Positions 52,836-64,000 of a stretch of 64,000 nt of DNA are shown piece by piece (position 1 is the stretch's first letter; every line of letters begins with the position of its first letter). The notes beneath the pieces are model-generated. The model was given only the letters and a program-made list of their open reading frames with translations. It did no database searches and was not told the origin of the DNA. Source of the DNA: Octopus vulgaris (lineage: Eukaryota); contig OX597822.1 in NCBI GenBank assembly GCA_951406725.2, positions 103,974,001 through 104,038,000 of the forward strand, written 5' to 3'. The position numbers and the translations under genes are program-made.

Positions 52836-53427
52836 TCCCCGACCCACGAGCATATGTTTCAAAATTGGTGCCTTTTCAAAAGTTTTTGCCATAACTCTTC
52901 AGTTCACATGTACGATAAAAGCTTTTATTTTTGATCGCATGACCTTGGATGAACTTTCTGGCGTCAATACTTTATTTGACCAGCCTTCCATGTTTTTGAA
53001 CTGTCTGCCCAATCTCCTATGACGTGTTGGTGGCCGCTGACATCTGAAGAAGCAAAACAAACCTTGACGATTCCATGAAATTTCATCTTTTTCACGTCGT
53101 ACATATATCAGTTGCTGTAAGTTTCATTCAAAATGTGTGTTACTGAAACATGAAATTAACGAATGTAGAATACAATATAATTAATGGAAAATTTGGTGTA
53201 ATATAAGAGAAATGAGTTGAAAATAGTTTGGTGTGTGTCACGGTGCCTTTTTCCTTATCCGCTCGCTCCCGCTAGCTTTAGAACCTGGCTACGCCTCTGT
53301 TCGGTGGGAGGATTCTAGCCTGAAGCATTTACATTTTATTACAAAACTATTCAATGGGGGTGGATGAAGAGGAGGAGGAGCAGAAGAAGAAGAAGAAGAA
53401 GAAGAAGAAGAAGAAGAAGAAGAAGAA

Positions 53428-53937
<510 letters not shown>

Positions 53938-54139
53938 AAGAAGAAGAAGAAGAAGAAGAAGAAGAAGGTACCGGTGGTCGTAGTAGCCAACCATATTGTA
54001 CTTTTTGAAATATGATCCAGGAAATATCTTTCATCTTCGAATGAAGATTAAAGAGAATGATGAATACAGTCCAAGGGGTAAATGAACTTGCTACTGGGAT
54101 TTGTCACACTACATACATACATACATACATACATACATA

Positions 54140-54495
54140 CATAAAATGTAATCATAATAGGCCTGACATAGTGATTTGGGACCAAGAAGAGAAACTGCAC
54201 AGTTGCGGAAATCAGTTGCCCAGAAGATGTTAATATAACGCTAAAGATCAGAGAAAAAGAAAATACTTGCGCTGAACTATTGAGAAAACTACAGTTACTG
54301 TATCCAGATTACAAGTTAAGGTTTATACCTGTAATTATCGGGACCCTAAGATATGTAAATCACACTGCCTAAATAACAATCTTGAGAAATTAGTCTTCTC
54401 AAAAGCAGAAAGGAGAAAGCTGATTCAAAGACTACACATCGAAGCTGTCACTGGAACTGCATAAATATGTAAAACTTTCGAAGACGGCGTATGAG
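54140..54495 (+). mobile_element. RLE LINE (R4/Dong-like) endonuclease fragment
   Basis: HNRPDIVIWDQEEK..EISCPEDVNITLKIREKEN..FIPVIIGTL. Confidence 0.75.
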
Positions 54496-54654
54496 TGTCT
54501 TTAGCTTTTGCCGAACGACCTACACAAATGGTTTATTTATAGTGATCAGATATATGTGCCATGCATTAGCTTACTCCCTCCATCAAATCAACGTTGTCAG
54601 AGCAAGTGCACCGTGTACCACGCGTCAGATGTCGAAGTGATCGCAGAGCAACAT

Positions 54655-55166
54655 GCGCGTAACTGGTCTTTAATTTATCGACCCCGAAAGGATGAAGGGC
54701 AAAGTCGACCTCGGTGGAATTTGAACTCAGAACGTATCGGCAGACAAAATACCTATTTCTTTACTACCCACAAGGGGCTAAACACAGAGAGGACAAACAA
54801 GGACACACAAACGGATTAAGTCGATTATACCAGTGATCGCAGAGCAACATGTGCGTAACTGGTACTTAATTTATCGACCCCGAAAGGATGAAAGGCAAAG
54901 TCGACCTCGGCGGAATTTGAACTCAGAACGTAGCGGCAGACGGAATACCTATTTCTTTACTGCCCACAAGGGGCTAAACAAGGACAGAGAAATGGATTAA
55001 GTCGATTACATTGACTCCAGTGCGTAACTGGTACTTATTTAATCGACCCCGAAAGGATGAAAGGCAAAGTCGACCTCGGCAGAATTTGAACTCAGAACGT
55101 AACGACAGACGAAATACGGCTACGCATTTCGCCCGGCGTGCTAACGGTTCCGCCAGCTCGCCGCCT
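54655..55166 (-). mobile_element. SINE family C array
   Basis: Head at 55166 and three repeated units. Confidence 0.9.
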
Positions 55167-55169
55167 CCA

Positions 55170-55800
55170 TTACAAGCTATTATGAATAAAGTGTTTTTGG
55201 CAGAAAAAAAAATCCAATTTTTAACAGCATCACACATTATTTTTGGAGAATATAGTATCAACAAAGATGGGTTCCTTATGTTCATATGACAATCTGGGTG
55301 GATCAAGCAGCTGTTTATGACAAAGATTCTGCAGAAAAAGAAATATCATTTACAGAAGAATATATTACTTACAGAATGTTATATTCAGTATATAGCTTGG
55401 CTTTTTACAATTTGGTCAGTAGTTTTCAAATACATTCATGCAGCAGAATTTATTAAAGAGGAAAAAATGTGGCAAAACATGTCGATTTAGCTTTCCTAGG
55501 GCTGAAAGAAGATTCAATTTCTTCATTGTTGCTGAAAATGGCAAGCTAAAAAGAAATGCAAAAGGTGTAAAGAAACTTCATCAACTTCAAAGAAAATCAA
55601 CTGAAAAAGTTATCCTTTACTGCTTTTAATATGGTAAGCAAATGTTGACTCTCAGCATATTGGAGGAAACAGAATGATATTTACCTGGTGTGTGACTTGC
55701 AATCAAACAAAAGCTGAGAAAAATGAAGCTGAAGGTGTTTGGGAAAATTTGGATGAAAATAAACGGCTGAAATTCTTCATCAAATAGTGTGTGCACTATC
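55170..55800 (+). mobile_element. Helentron/Helitron2 RepHel Rep (HUH) domain relic
   Basis: ITHYFWRI*YQQRWVPYVHMTIW (EYQ.RG.PH.H), CRFSFPR, W*ANVDSQHIG..TKAEK. Confidence 0.7.
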
Positions 55801-55811
55801 TTGCTTTTATA

Positions 55812-55977
55812 TTTACTCTTTTACTCTTTTCTCTTTTTACTCTTTTACTCGTTTCAGTCATTTGACTGCGGCCATGCTGGAGCACCGCCTTTAGTCGAGC
55901 AAATCGACCCCGGGACTTATTCTTTGTAAGCCCAGTACTTATTCTATCGGTCTCTTTTGCCGAACCGCTAAGTGACG
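55812..55977 (-). mobile_element. SINE family A 3' fragment
   Basis: Tail only. Confidence 0.85.
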
Positions 55978-56029
55978 CTATTTGTATGGCTTTTTATTGC
56001 AGATTTGAAAAAATTAAGTTAATATATAT

Positions 56030-56194
56030 ATTTATTTACTACCCACAAGGGGCTAAACATAGAGGGGATAATCAAGGACAGACAAAGGGATTAGGTCGAT
56101 TACATCGACCCAGTGCGAAACTGGTACTTTATTTATCGACCCCGAGAGGATGAAAGGCAAAGTCAACCTCGGCGGAATTTGAACTCAGAACGTA
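56030..56194 (-). mobile_element. SINE family C fragment
   Basis: One unit without head. Confidence 0.85.
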
Positions 56195-56605
56195 AGGCGT
56201 AGTAGTGTCTGTGTGGTAAGTAGCTTGCTGACGAACCACATGGTTCCAGGTTCAGTCCCACTGCGTGGCACCTTGAGCAAGCATCTTCTACTATAGCCCC
56301 GGGCCGACTAAAGCCTTGTGAGTGGATTTGGCAGACAGAAACTGAAAGAAGCCCGCCGTATATATGTATATGTATATATGTATGTGCGTGTATATATTTG
56401 TGTGTCTGTGTTTGTCCCCCCGCCCAACATCGCTTGACAACCGATGCTGGTGTATTTAAGTCCCCCGTAACTTAGCGGGTTCGGCAAAAGAGATCGATAG
56501 AATAAGTACTAGGTTTACAAAGAATAAGTCCTGGGGTCGATTTGCTCGACTTATGGCGGCGCTCCAGCATGGCCACAGTCACACGACTGAAACAATTAAA
56601 AGAGT
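56195..56605 (+). mobile_element. SINE family A
   Basis: Head, core and tail. Confidence 0.9.
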
Positions 56606-56730
56606 ATATCTGATTTGTAAATTTCCCTTTATTAAATTGAAGTATTTCTGTCTTATAACTAGAATGTAAAATATAAAGGTGAATATATTTAATTATAATA
56701 ATAGAAGTGATGCCTGGGAAGCAAAAGAGG

Positions 56731-58250
56731 ATTAAGATGAAAAATGCGGGCATGTGGGCGCAGAGCACTAGAATATTTTGTAAGTATTTAACACGGAAAA
56801 GTACAGGACAAGCAGTAATTCGGCCTTGAAAAGTATAAAACAAGAAGAAAAATATCTTAAAATATTCCCGTTGAACTTAAAAAACTAAAATAATAATAAA
56901 CACTATTTTTATATATTTCTAATATAAAAGTTTTAATTAAAGTACTCAACGAGCTATTTATTTTCAATTATTGTGAAAATACTAATTGCCTACACATCAA
57001 AAATTTAATATTATAACTTTAGTAAGGCGGCGAGTTGGCAGAAACGTTAGCACGTCGGGCGAAATGCTTAGCGGTATTTCGTCTGCCGTTACGTTCTGAG
57101 TTCAAATTCCGCCGAGGTTAACTTTGCTTTTCATCCTTTCGGGTCGATTAAATAAGTACCATTTACGCACTGGGGTCGATATAATCGACTTAAGCCGTTA
57201 GTTTGTCCTTGTTTGTCCTCTCTGTGTTTAGCCCCTTGTGGGCAGTAAAGAAATAGGTATTTCGTCTGCCGCTACGTTCTGAGTTCATATTCCGCCGAGG
57301 TCGACTTTGCCTTTCATCCTTTTGAGGTCAATTAAACAAGTACCAGTTGCTCAATGGGGTCGATATAATCGACTTGATCCGTTTGTCTGTCCTTTTTTCC
57401 CCTCTGTGTTTAGCCCCTTGTAGGCAGTAAAGAAATCGAAATAGGTATTTCGTCTGCCGTTACGTTCTGAGTTCAAATTCCGCCGAGGTCGACTTTGCCT
57501 TTCATCCTTTCGGAGTCGATAAATTAAGTACCAGTTTCGTACAGGGGTCTATCTAATTGACAGGCGTCCTTCCCCAAAATTTGGAGCCTAGTGTAGAAAA
57601 GAATATTACAAATTTAGTGCTTTATACATTAAAACAAACCACATTATAGAAATTTAATCAAAATTGACAATGTATTTTGACACTTAAGTTTTGTAAAGAA
57701 AGCTTGTCACATCTAGTTTTCATTCAATCTGTTCTTTAACTTTAATAATTTTAAATATTCTTCTTAAAGTAAATAGAGAATATTTTGTTATCTGGTAACG
57801 CAGACTTTAAAGAAATTAATTCTTCTGTTTCCTTAAAAAATTTTCTATTTTTACTTGCATTTTTAAATTACATATATTCCACATGGATTTAATGTAACAC
57901 AATGTCTGTGAATTAGAATTTTTGGATAATGAAAATTGTTAAGAAGATAGAATGTAATGAATAAGATAACACTAAAAGTAAGAGAGATGTTTAGCTTAAG
58001 ACAAAGAATTTTTAAAATCAACTTAATATAAACTAAAATTTTTAAAAAGTGCAAAAAGTGCAAAAGCAAAAAAAGAAGATAGAAAAGTGCACAAACTGTT
58101 TAATGAACAATTTTAGGAATTTCAAAGGGTAAATTTTAAAACTTTTTCTCCTGTACTTTTTCCGGGCTAAATTACTGCTTGCCTTGTAATTTTCCAGGTT
58201 CGATACTTAAGAATATTCTAGGAGTCTGCGCCTGCATTTTTCATTCTAAT
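56731..58250. repeat. Old ~110-bp inverted repeat pair (56731-56855 / 58141-58250), probable MITE or DNA-transposon relic
   Basis: ATGAAAAATGC..GGCGCAGA..CTAGAATATT..GGAAAA.TACA..CAAGCAGTAATT matches the reverse complement of 58141-58250. Confidence 0.6.
57024..57606 (+). mobile_element. SINE family C array: head, two new-tail units, one old-tail unit
   Basis: Periodic units; last ends ..CCCCAAAATTTGGAGCCTAGTGTAGAAAAGAATATT. Confidence 0.9.
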
Positions 58251-58689
58251 GAACGAATGTATGTCTGTTGATATTCATGTGACTATTTAAAGATTGCACA
58301 CATAAATTTGCGTATATCATTATCCCGTTCTTTCCCTTATCGGTGTCGAAACGACAATTTTGGACAGGTTTGAGCCTATAGGATCGATGTTGCTTGGGTC
58401 CATTTTAGGAGGCTTAATATCTTCAAATGAATATTGATATGACTAGACTTTAATAGAAGCACCAGTTACAACAAGAAAACTAGTTATACTGAGAGTTCTG
58501 GTAGAAAACTACGATAAAAGTAGTTGGCAGTTATAATGCGCATTTGTTCTTTCAAAAAGAAAAGGCATCGGAGAGGTGATGCCTACCTTGCGCGCAAATA
58601 ATTTTTTTCGCAAATTATAGTGTGGCTTAGAATGCGTTGCTTACCCACGCTTTTTAATTGAACTGAATTCTTTTTTTTTTTTTGTATCA

Positions 58690-59058
58690 CCATTATACTC
58701 CGATAGAATTAATAAATCAACTCGTAAATAAGCGAAACCCTCGAATCCACATATCTACGCGCATAGGTACACCATGATCTACACAGACGCAGATGAGGGG
58801 CGATTCATTTGAAAAAGAAAGTGAACAAAATAATATAGTAGGTAAATCGAAACTGTAGGAAATTTCTTAGAACATTAATTTATGAAAATATTTCCAGACA
58901 GTCAACCCTTTAATAATTGCTTTTTTTCTGTACTTGTTACATAATTAATAAGCAGCTTTCTCCATTATAGTATAGATTTATACTCCGTTGAAATTAAGAA
59001 ATTAAATCGTAAATAAACGAAACTCTCGATTCCATCACTGTACACACAGATACACGTG

Positions 59059-59103
<45 letters not shown>

Positions 59104-59443
59104 CACACACAGAGTCGCATGTATGTACGCACATGTGTTTACGCGCATAGGTACACCATTATCTATACACACGCAGATGAAGGTCGATTCATATGAAAAC
59201 GGAAAGTAAACAAAATAATATGACTATTTGATTGTCGGGATATTTGTAAGTTCGATCTTTTATTTTGTTTTAAATAACCAAACCAAATGTTCATCTTTTT
59301 GAGCCACTCATCTCATGAGCATTTCTCCCAAATGTGTGAAAATCCATTTAGTCGTTTTCCAACAATTTTGCGAGCACACAGACAAGCACACAAAGACGAG
59401 TGATTACAATACCCTGCTTTCGCTTACGCGTGCAGGGTAATAA
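58690..59443 (+). mobile_element. Helentron-associated (HINE/DINE-1-like) non-autonomous element with internal duplication
   Basis: 3' hairpin TACCCTGC..GCAGGGTA-ATAAT after ACAGACAAGCAC; duplicated block 58690-58840 / 58978-59222; 5' boundary uncertain. Confidence 0.45.
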
Positions 59444-59454
59444 TTAAAGTAATG

Positions 59455-59762
59455 TCTGGGTTCAAATTCCGCCGAGGTCGACTTTGCTTTTCATCTTTTC
59501 GGATCGATTAAATAAGTATCAGTTGCTCACTGGGGTCGATATAATCGACTTAAGCCGTTAGTCTGTCCTTGTTTGTCCTCTCTGTGTGTAGCCCCTTGTG
59601 GGTAGTAAAGAAATAGGTATTTCGTCTGCTGCTAGGTTCTGAGTTCATATTCCGCCGAGGTCGACTTTGCCTTTCATCCTTTTGAGATCAATTAAACAAG
59701 TACCAGCTGCTCACTGGGGTCGATATAATCGACTTGATCCGTTTGTCTGTCCTTTTTTTCCC
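59455..59762 (+). mobile_element. SINE family C, two partial units
   Basis: Closely resembles the units at 57100-57400. Confidence 0.85.
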
Positions 59763-60127
59763 TTTATATCTTAAGTCGCTTGTAAACTAATCATAAACAC
59801 AATAACAACATTATTTAATTATTGGCATTATATATGAAAAAAATCACTTGTTTTATTTAGTATCTTTAAAAAAGTAGAAGTACTTGGCTTAGTTTTTAGG
59901 ATGCTGGGATTAAGATCATAAAGTGGGGGGTGGGGTTACGAATATTGAATTTGATGACATGCTGTGTCCTTGAGCATTGCATTTCATTTCACGTTGCTCC
60001 AGTCAACTTAGCTGAATGGATTACAAACTGAGTGTTGGTGCAGCCCTTTCTTTCTCCAGCCGTCATATTCTAGATATCTCGCAATCTCAAGAGTAGGAGA
60101 GACGAGAGGGTACCTATGCTTTCATCT

Positions 60128-60510
60128 GTGGAGCGCAATGGCCTAGTGGTTAGCGCAGCGGACTCGCGGTCATAGGATCGCGGTTTCGATTCCCAGACCG
60201 GGCGTTGTGAGTGTTTATTGAGCGAAAACACCTAAAAGCACCACGAGGCTCCGGCAGGGGATGGTGGTGAACCCTCCTGTACTCTTTCACCACAACTTTC
60301 TCTCACTCTTACTTCCTGTTTCTGTTGTACCTGTACTTCAAATGACCGGCCTTGTCACTCTCTGTGTCACGCTGAATATCCCCGAGAACTACGTTAAGGG
60401 TACACGTGTCTGTGGAGTGCTCAGCCACTTACACGTTAATTTCACGAGCAGGCTGTTCCGTTGATTCGGATCAACCGGAACCCTCGTCGTCGTAACCGAC
60501 GGAGTGCTTC
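60128..60510 (+). mobile_element. SINE family B (main form)
   Basis: Full length; TSD-like CCTATG.TTTC.TCTGT. Confidence 0.92.
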
Positions 60511-60841
60511 CTCCTCCTATGTTTTCCTCTGTCTACGTAGTGACCTTGAACAGTTAATGAACTCATGGTAATGCAATAAACGTATCCTAAATTTCGAGTA
60601 ACTCCCAGACGTAATAAATTTGTCAAAGAACAAGAAAGAAGCAATAAAATCAGTCAAAAGCCGGTGAATTATTTCTTGCGACGCTTTTTTCTTCTATTCT
60701 TAATAGTTAGGAAACCAAGCAGCACTTGTTGTATATTATGAAACTGTTAATTCAAAGTTATCAATATATATTTCTATTAATGTGGTTCAAAGTTGTTAAT
60801 ACACATTAGTATATATTGAATCGTGTTGAACTGTTAACATA

Positions 60842-61255
60842 GGCGCAGGAGTGGCTGTGTGGTAAGTAGCTTGTTTACCAGCCACATGGTTCCGGGTTCA
60901 GTCCCACTGCGTGGCACCTTGGGCAAGTGTCTTCTACTATAGCATCGGGCCGACCAAAGCCCTGTAAGTGGATTTGGTAGACGGAAACTGAAAGAAGCCC
61001 GTCTTATATATGTATATATATATATGTATGCGTGTGTGTATGTGTGTGTGTGTCTGTGTTTGTCCCCCTAGCATTACTTGACAACCGATGCTGGTGTGTT
61101 TATGTCCCCGTTACTTAGCGGTTCGGCAAAACAGACCGATAGAATAAGTACTAGGCTTACAAAAGAATAAGTCCCGGGATCGAGTTGCTCGATTAAAGGC
61201 GGTGCTCCAGCACGGCCGCAGTCAAAATGACTGAAACAAGTAAAAGAGAAAGAGA
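60842..61255 (+). mobile_element. SINE family A with 81-bp flanking direct repeat
   Basis: 60763-60843 repeated at 61255-61335. Confidence 0.92.
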
Positions 61256-61384
61256 ATATATATTTCTATTAATGCGGTTCAAAGCTGTTAATACACATTA
61301 ATATATATTGAATCGTGTTGAACTGTTAACATAGGAAAATCAGCAGAGTGACTGACAAAATGACTTCTAATACTTAACTGCGTA

Positions 61385-61830
61385 AAGGTAGAGAGATGGT
61401 ACGCCGAGCAAAATGCTTAGCGGCATTTCGTCCGTCTCTACCTCCAGAATTCAAATTTCATCGGGTCAACTTTACCTTTCATTTTTTTCAGTGTCGATAA
61501 AATAAGTACCAGCAGGTCACTGGAGTCTATGTAATCGATGTAAGCCTTCTCTCGAAATTGCTGGCCCCTGTGACGAGATTTGAAACCAATATTCAGTTGC
61601 TTAAAGACGGCAAGCTGGCAGAATCCTTAACGCGCCGGGCAGAACGCAAGGCGTCTTTTCGTCTGTCTCTAAGATCAGAGTTCAAATTCCAACGAGGTCG
61701 ACTTTGTCTTTCATCCATTCGGCATCGATAAAACAAGTGATAGTTGAAAACTGAGGTCAATGTAATCGACTTTCGAAATTGCTTCTGTTAAATTGCTGGC
61801 CTTGTGCCACAAATTTGAAATCAATATCTT
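61385..61830 (+). mobile_element. Two old diverged family C SINEs (old-tail form)
   Basis: Degenerate core and CTTGTGCC..AATTTGAAA tails. Confidence 0.7.
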
Positions 61831-61974
61831 ATTTTTAACTACTTTATTTATCGTTGTCCCTCGTCTTTCCGGAGTTCAAAAGACAAGTACCTGCAGAATA
61901 TTAGCCTCCGCTAATACTTATTCTATCAACCATCTATATCCATCCATTAAAACTGAGCCCTACATTAATATCTC

Positions 61975-62193
61975 TCTCTTTTACTCTTTTACTTGTTTCA
62001 GTCATTTGACTGCGGCCATGCTGGAGCACCGCCTTTAGTCGAGCAAATCGACCCCGGGACTTATTCTTTGTAAGCCCAGTACTTATTCTATCGGTCTCTT
62101 TTGCCGAACCGCTAAGTGACGGGGACGTAAACACACCAGCATCGGTTGTCAAGCAATGCTAAGGAGACAAACACAGACACACAAACACACACA

Positions 62194-62230
<37 letters not shown>

Positions 62231-62394
62231 ACGACAGGCTTCTTTCATCAGTTTCCGTCTACCAAATCCACTCACAAGGCATTGGTCGGCCCGGGGCTAT
62301 AGCAGAAGGCACTTGCCCAAGATGCCACGCAGTGGGACTGAACCCGGAACCATGTGGTTGGTTAGCAAGCTACTTACCACACAGCCACTCCTGC
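61975..62394 (-). mobile_element. SINE family A
   Basis: Full head, core and tail. Confidence 0.92.
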
Positions 62395-62954
62395 GATTAT
62401 TAATGAAATATATAATAATGGCAGTCATTTTTTAATGAATGTTTTTTTTTCAGTTTTAATGCATAAATTTATCGATTTTCATCACATTGTTTTATTTTGG
62501 TGAATACTTCAATTATGTCTCCGATTTTATTCCGTAGTTGAGATTGAACGTATACTGTGGCAAGCAGAATAATGGTATGAATACTTAACCGCCTCTCTCG
62601 TTTGCATTTATTTTATTAGCCTCAGGTCGGCCCTGACCGAGTATAACTATAATTAAAGGTCTTCTGGCCAGTATACCAACGTCAAATGACATTTATACTA
62701 TAATTGCATATATACCGGCGTGTCCCTGATAGTAATTCATCACAGATTATGTCAAGCCTGTATAGGATCCCTAACAATTGCATAGCAAACTACAATAAAT
62801 TGCAAACTACACGGAAACATGCATTACGCATTATCACAAGCTGTACACCGACCACATGCACAAAGACACGAAAGTAGTAAAGGTGAAACATCAGGTCAAA
62901 ATGCAAACGGTATAGTTTTACCTTTTTTATCTTTTCATTTGTGACAGACATTAT

Positions 62955-63300
62955 ACGGCGGCCATACTGGTGCACCGCCTTGAAGAATTTTAGTCGAACG
63001 AATCGACCCCAGTACTTACGGTTTTAAGTCTGGTATTTATTCTGTTTTTTTTTTTACCGAACTGCTAAGCTATTGGGACGTAAACACACCAACACACACA
63101 CACACAAGCAAACACAATCGCACGTGCGCTCCTCACACACACATATATGACGAGCTTCCTTAAGTCTCCACTGCCAAATCCACTCACAAGGCTTTGGTCG
63201 GCTCGAGGCTGTTATAGGAGACCCTTGCCCAAGGTGCCACTCAGCGGGACTGAACGCGGAATCATGTGATTGGGAAGCATAGGTCTTATGACAGAGCCAA
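62955..63300 (-). mobile_element. Old SINE family A copy
   Basis: Diverged tail CGGCCATACTGGTGCACCGCC and core CCAAATCCACTCACAAGGCTTTGGTCGG. Confidence 0.75.
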
Positions 63301-64000
63301 CAAATTTCAACAGTCATAACATTTATCATAAAAATGAAAAGAAAAACAAAATCACAGACAAAATACAGAACACCCAGAGCATTAATACAGCAATATTCTG
63401 AAAGAACACTATCTTTTCCATTCAGTTCAGTCAATCATAAAACACACACATTCACACATTTACTTACAAATAGGCATCACATCAATAACCTTAAGCTGTT
63501 CCTCACCACTCCAAAGAAGATGTGCTGAGATATACGCTAACGATGAACGTTAGTATGTAAGGAATCAGCAACGTATTTTGCAATTGATCCAGTATACGAT
63601 TGGCATTTTTATTCGAAACGGGTGTAAAGTTCAAAGAAGCTACTTAGAATAAAAAAAAACTCGAAGATAAATATGATAATAAATGAACATCTAATCCGTA
63701 ACTGTTGGTTCGACAAAATATAGTTTGTCGAACGAAGAAATATGGATTAGGTATTTATTTATATTCGGACTGGTATGCTATTTGTCGACTCTGCAAGAGA
63801 TAGATGACAAACTGGGATTTGAACTCGGAGGTCAAGTAGTCAAAACGATTACCGTAAAGTAATCTATGTGATGCTCACCTCAAACTAATTCAACAATTGG
63901 TCTTACACACACACACACACACACATACACACACACACACACACACATACACACACACAAACACACAATGCGATAAAAACTATGAGGGAATCACTCATAT

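Overview
AT-rich, microsatellite-dense eukaryotic intergenic or intronic DNA made almost entirely of transposable-element debris. The repeat inventory strongly suggests an octopus (inference). No host protein-coding gene or RNA gene can be supported, and most long ORFs are microsatellite read-through. Retroelements: three abundant tRNA-derived SINE families (A, B, C; about 40 copies), three head-to-tail R4/Dong-clade LINEs in (TAA)n tracts at 34.3-43.6 kb (the first near full length) plus two further 3' fragments, a HERO-like LINE 3' end, RTE, CR1 and L1/Tx1 scraps, and Penelope-like (PLE) fragments. DNA elements: mariner, Tc1-like, hAT, Helitron and Helentron relics. The main unexplained signal is RNA structure: about ten hammerhead-ribozyme motifs. 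They include a fully canonical one (7950-8043), minimal PLE-type ones with rare core variants (G3-C8 swap at 21193-21243, A6U at 25594-25631), and a non-circularly permuted, pseudoknotted hammerhead in the 3' UTR of the HERO-like LINE (29386-29494). A second, covarying copy of that permuted fold lies on the minus strand at 51981-52090. Folds were paired by eye, family names are from motif recall, and many element boundaries are approximate.
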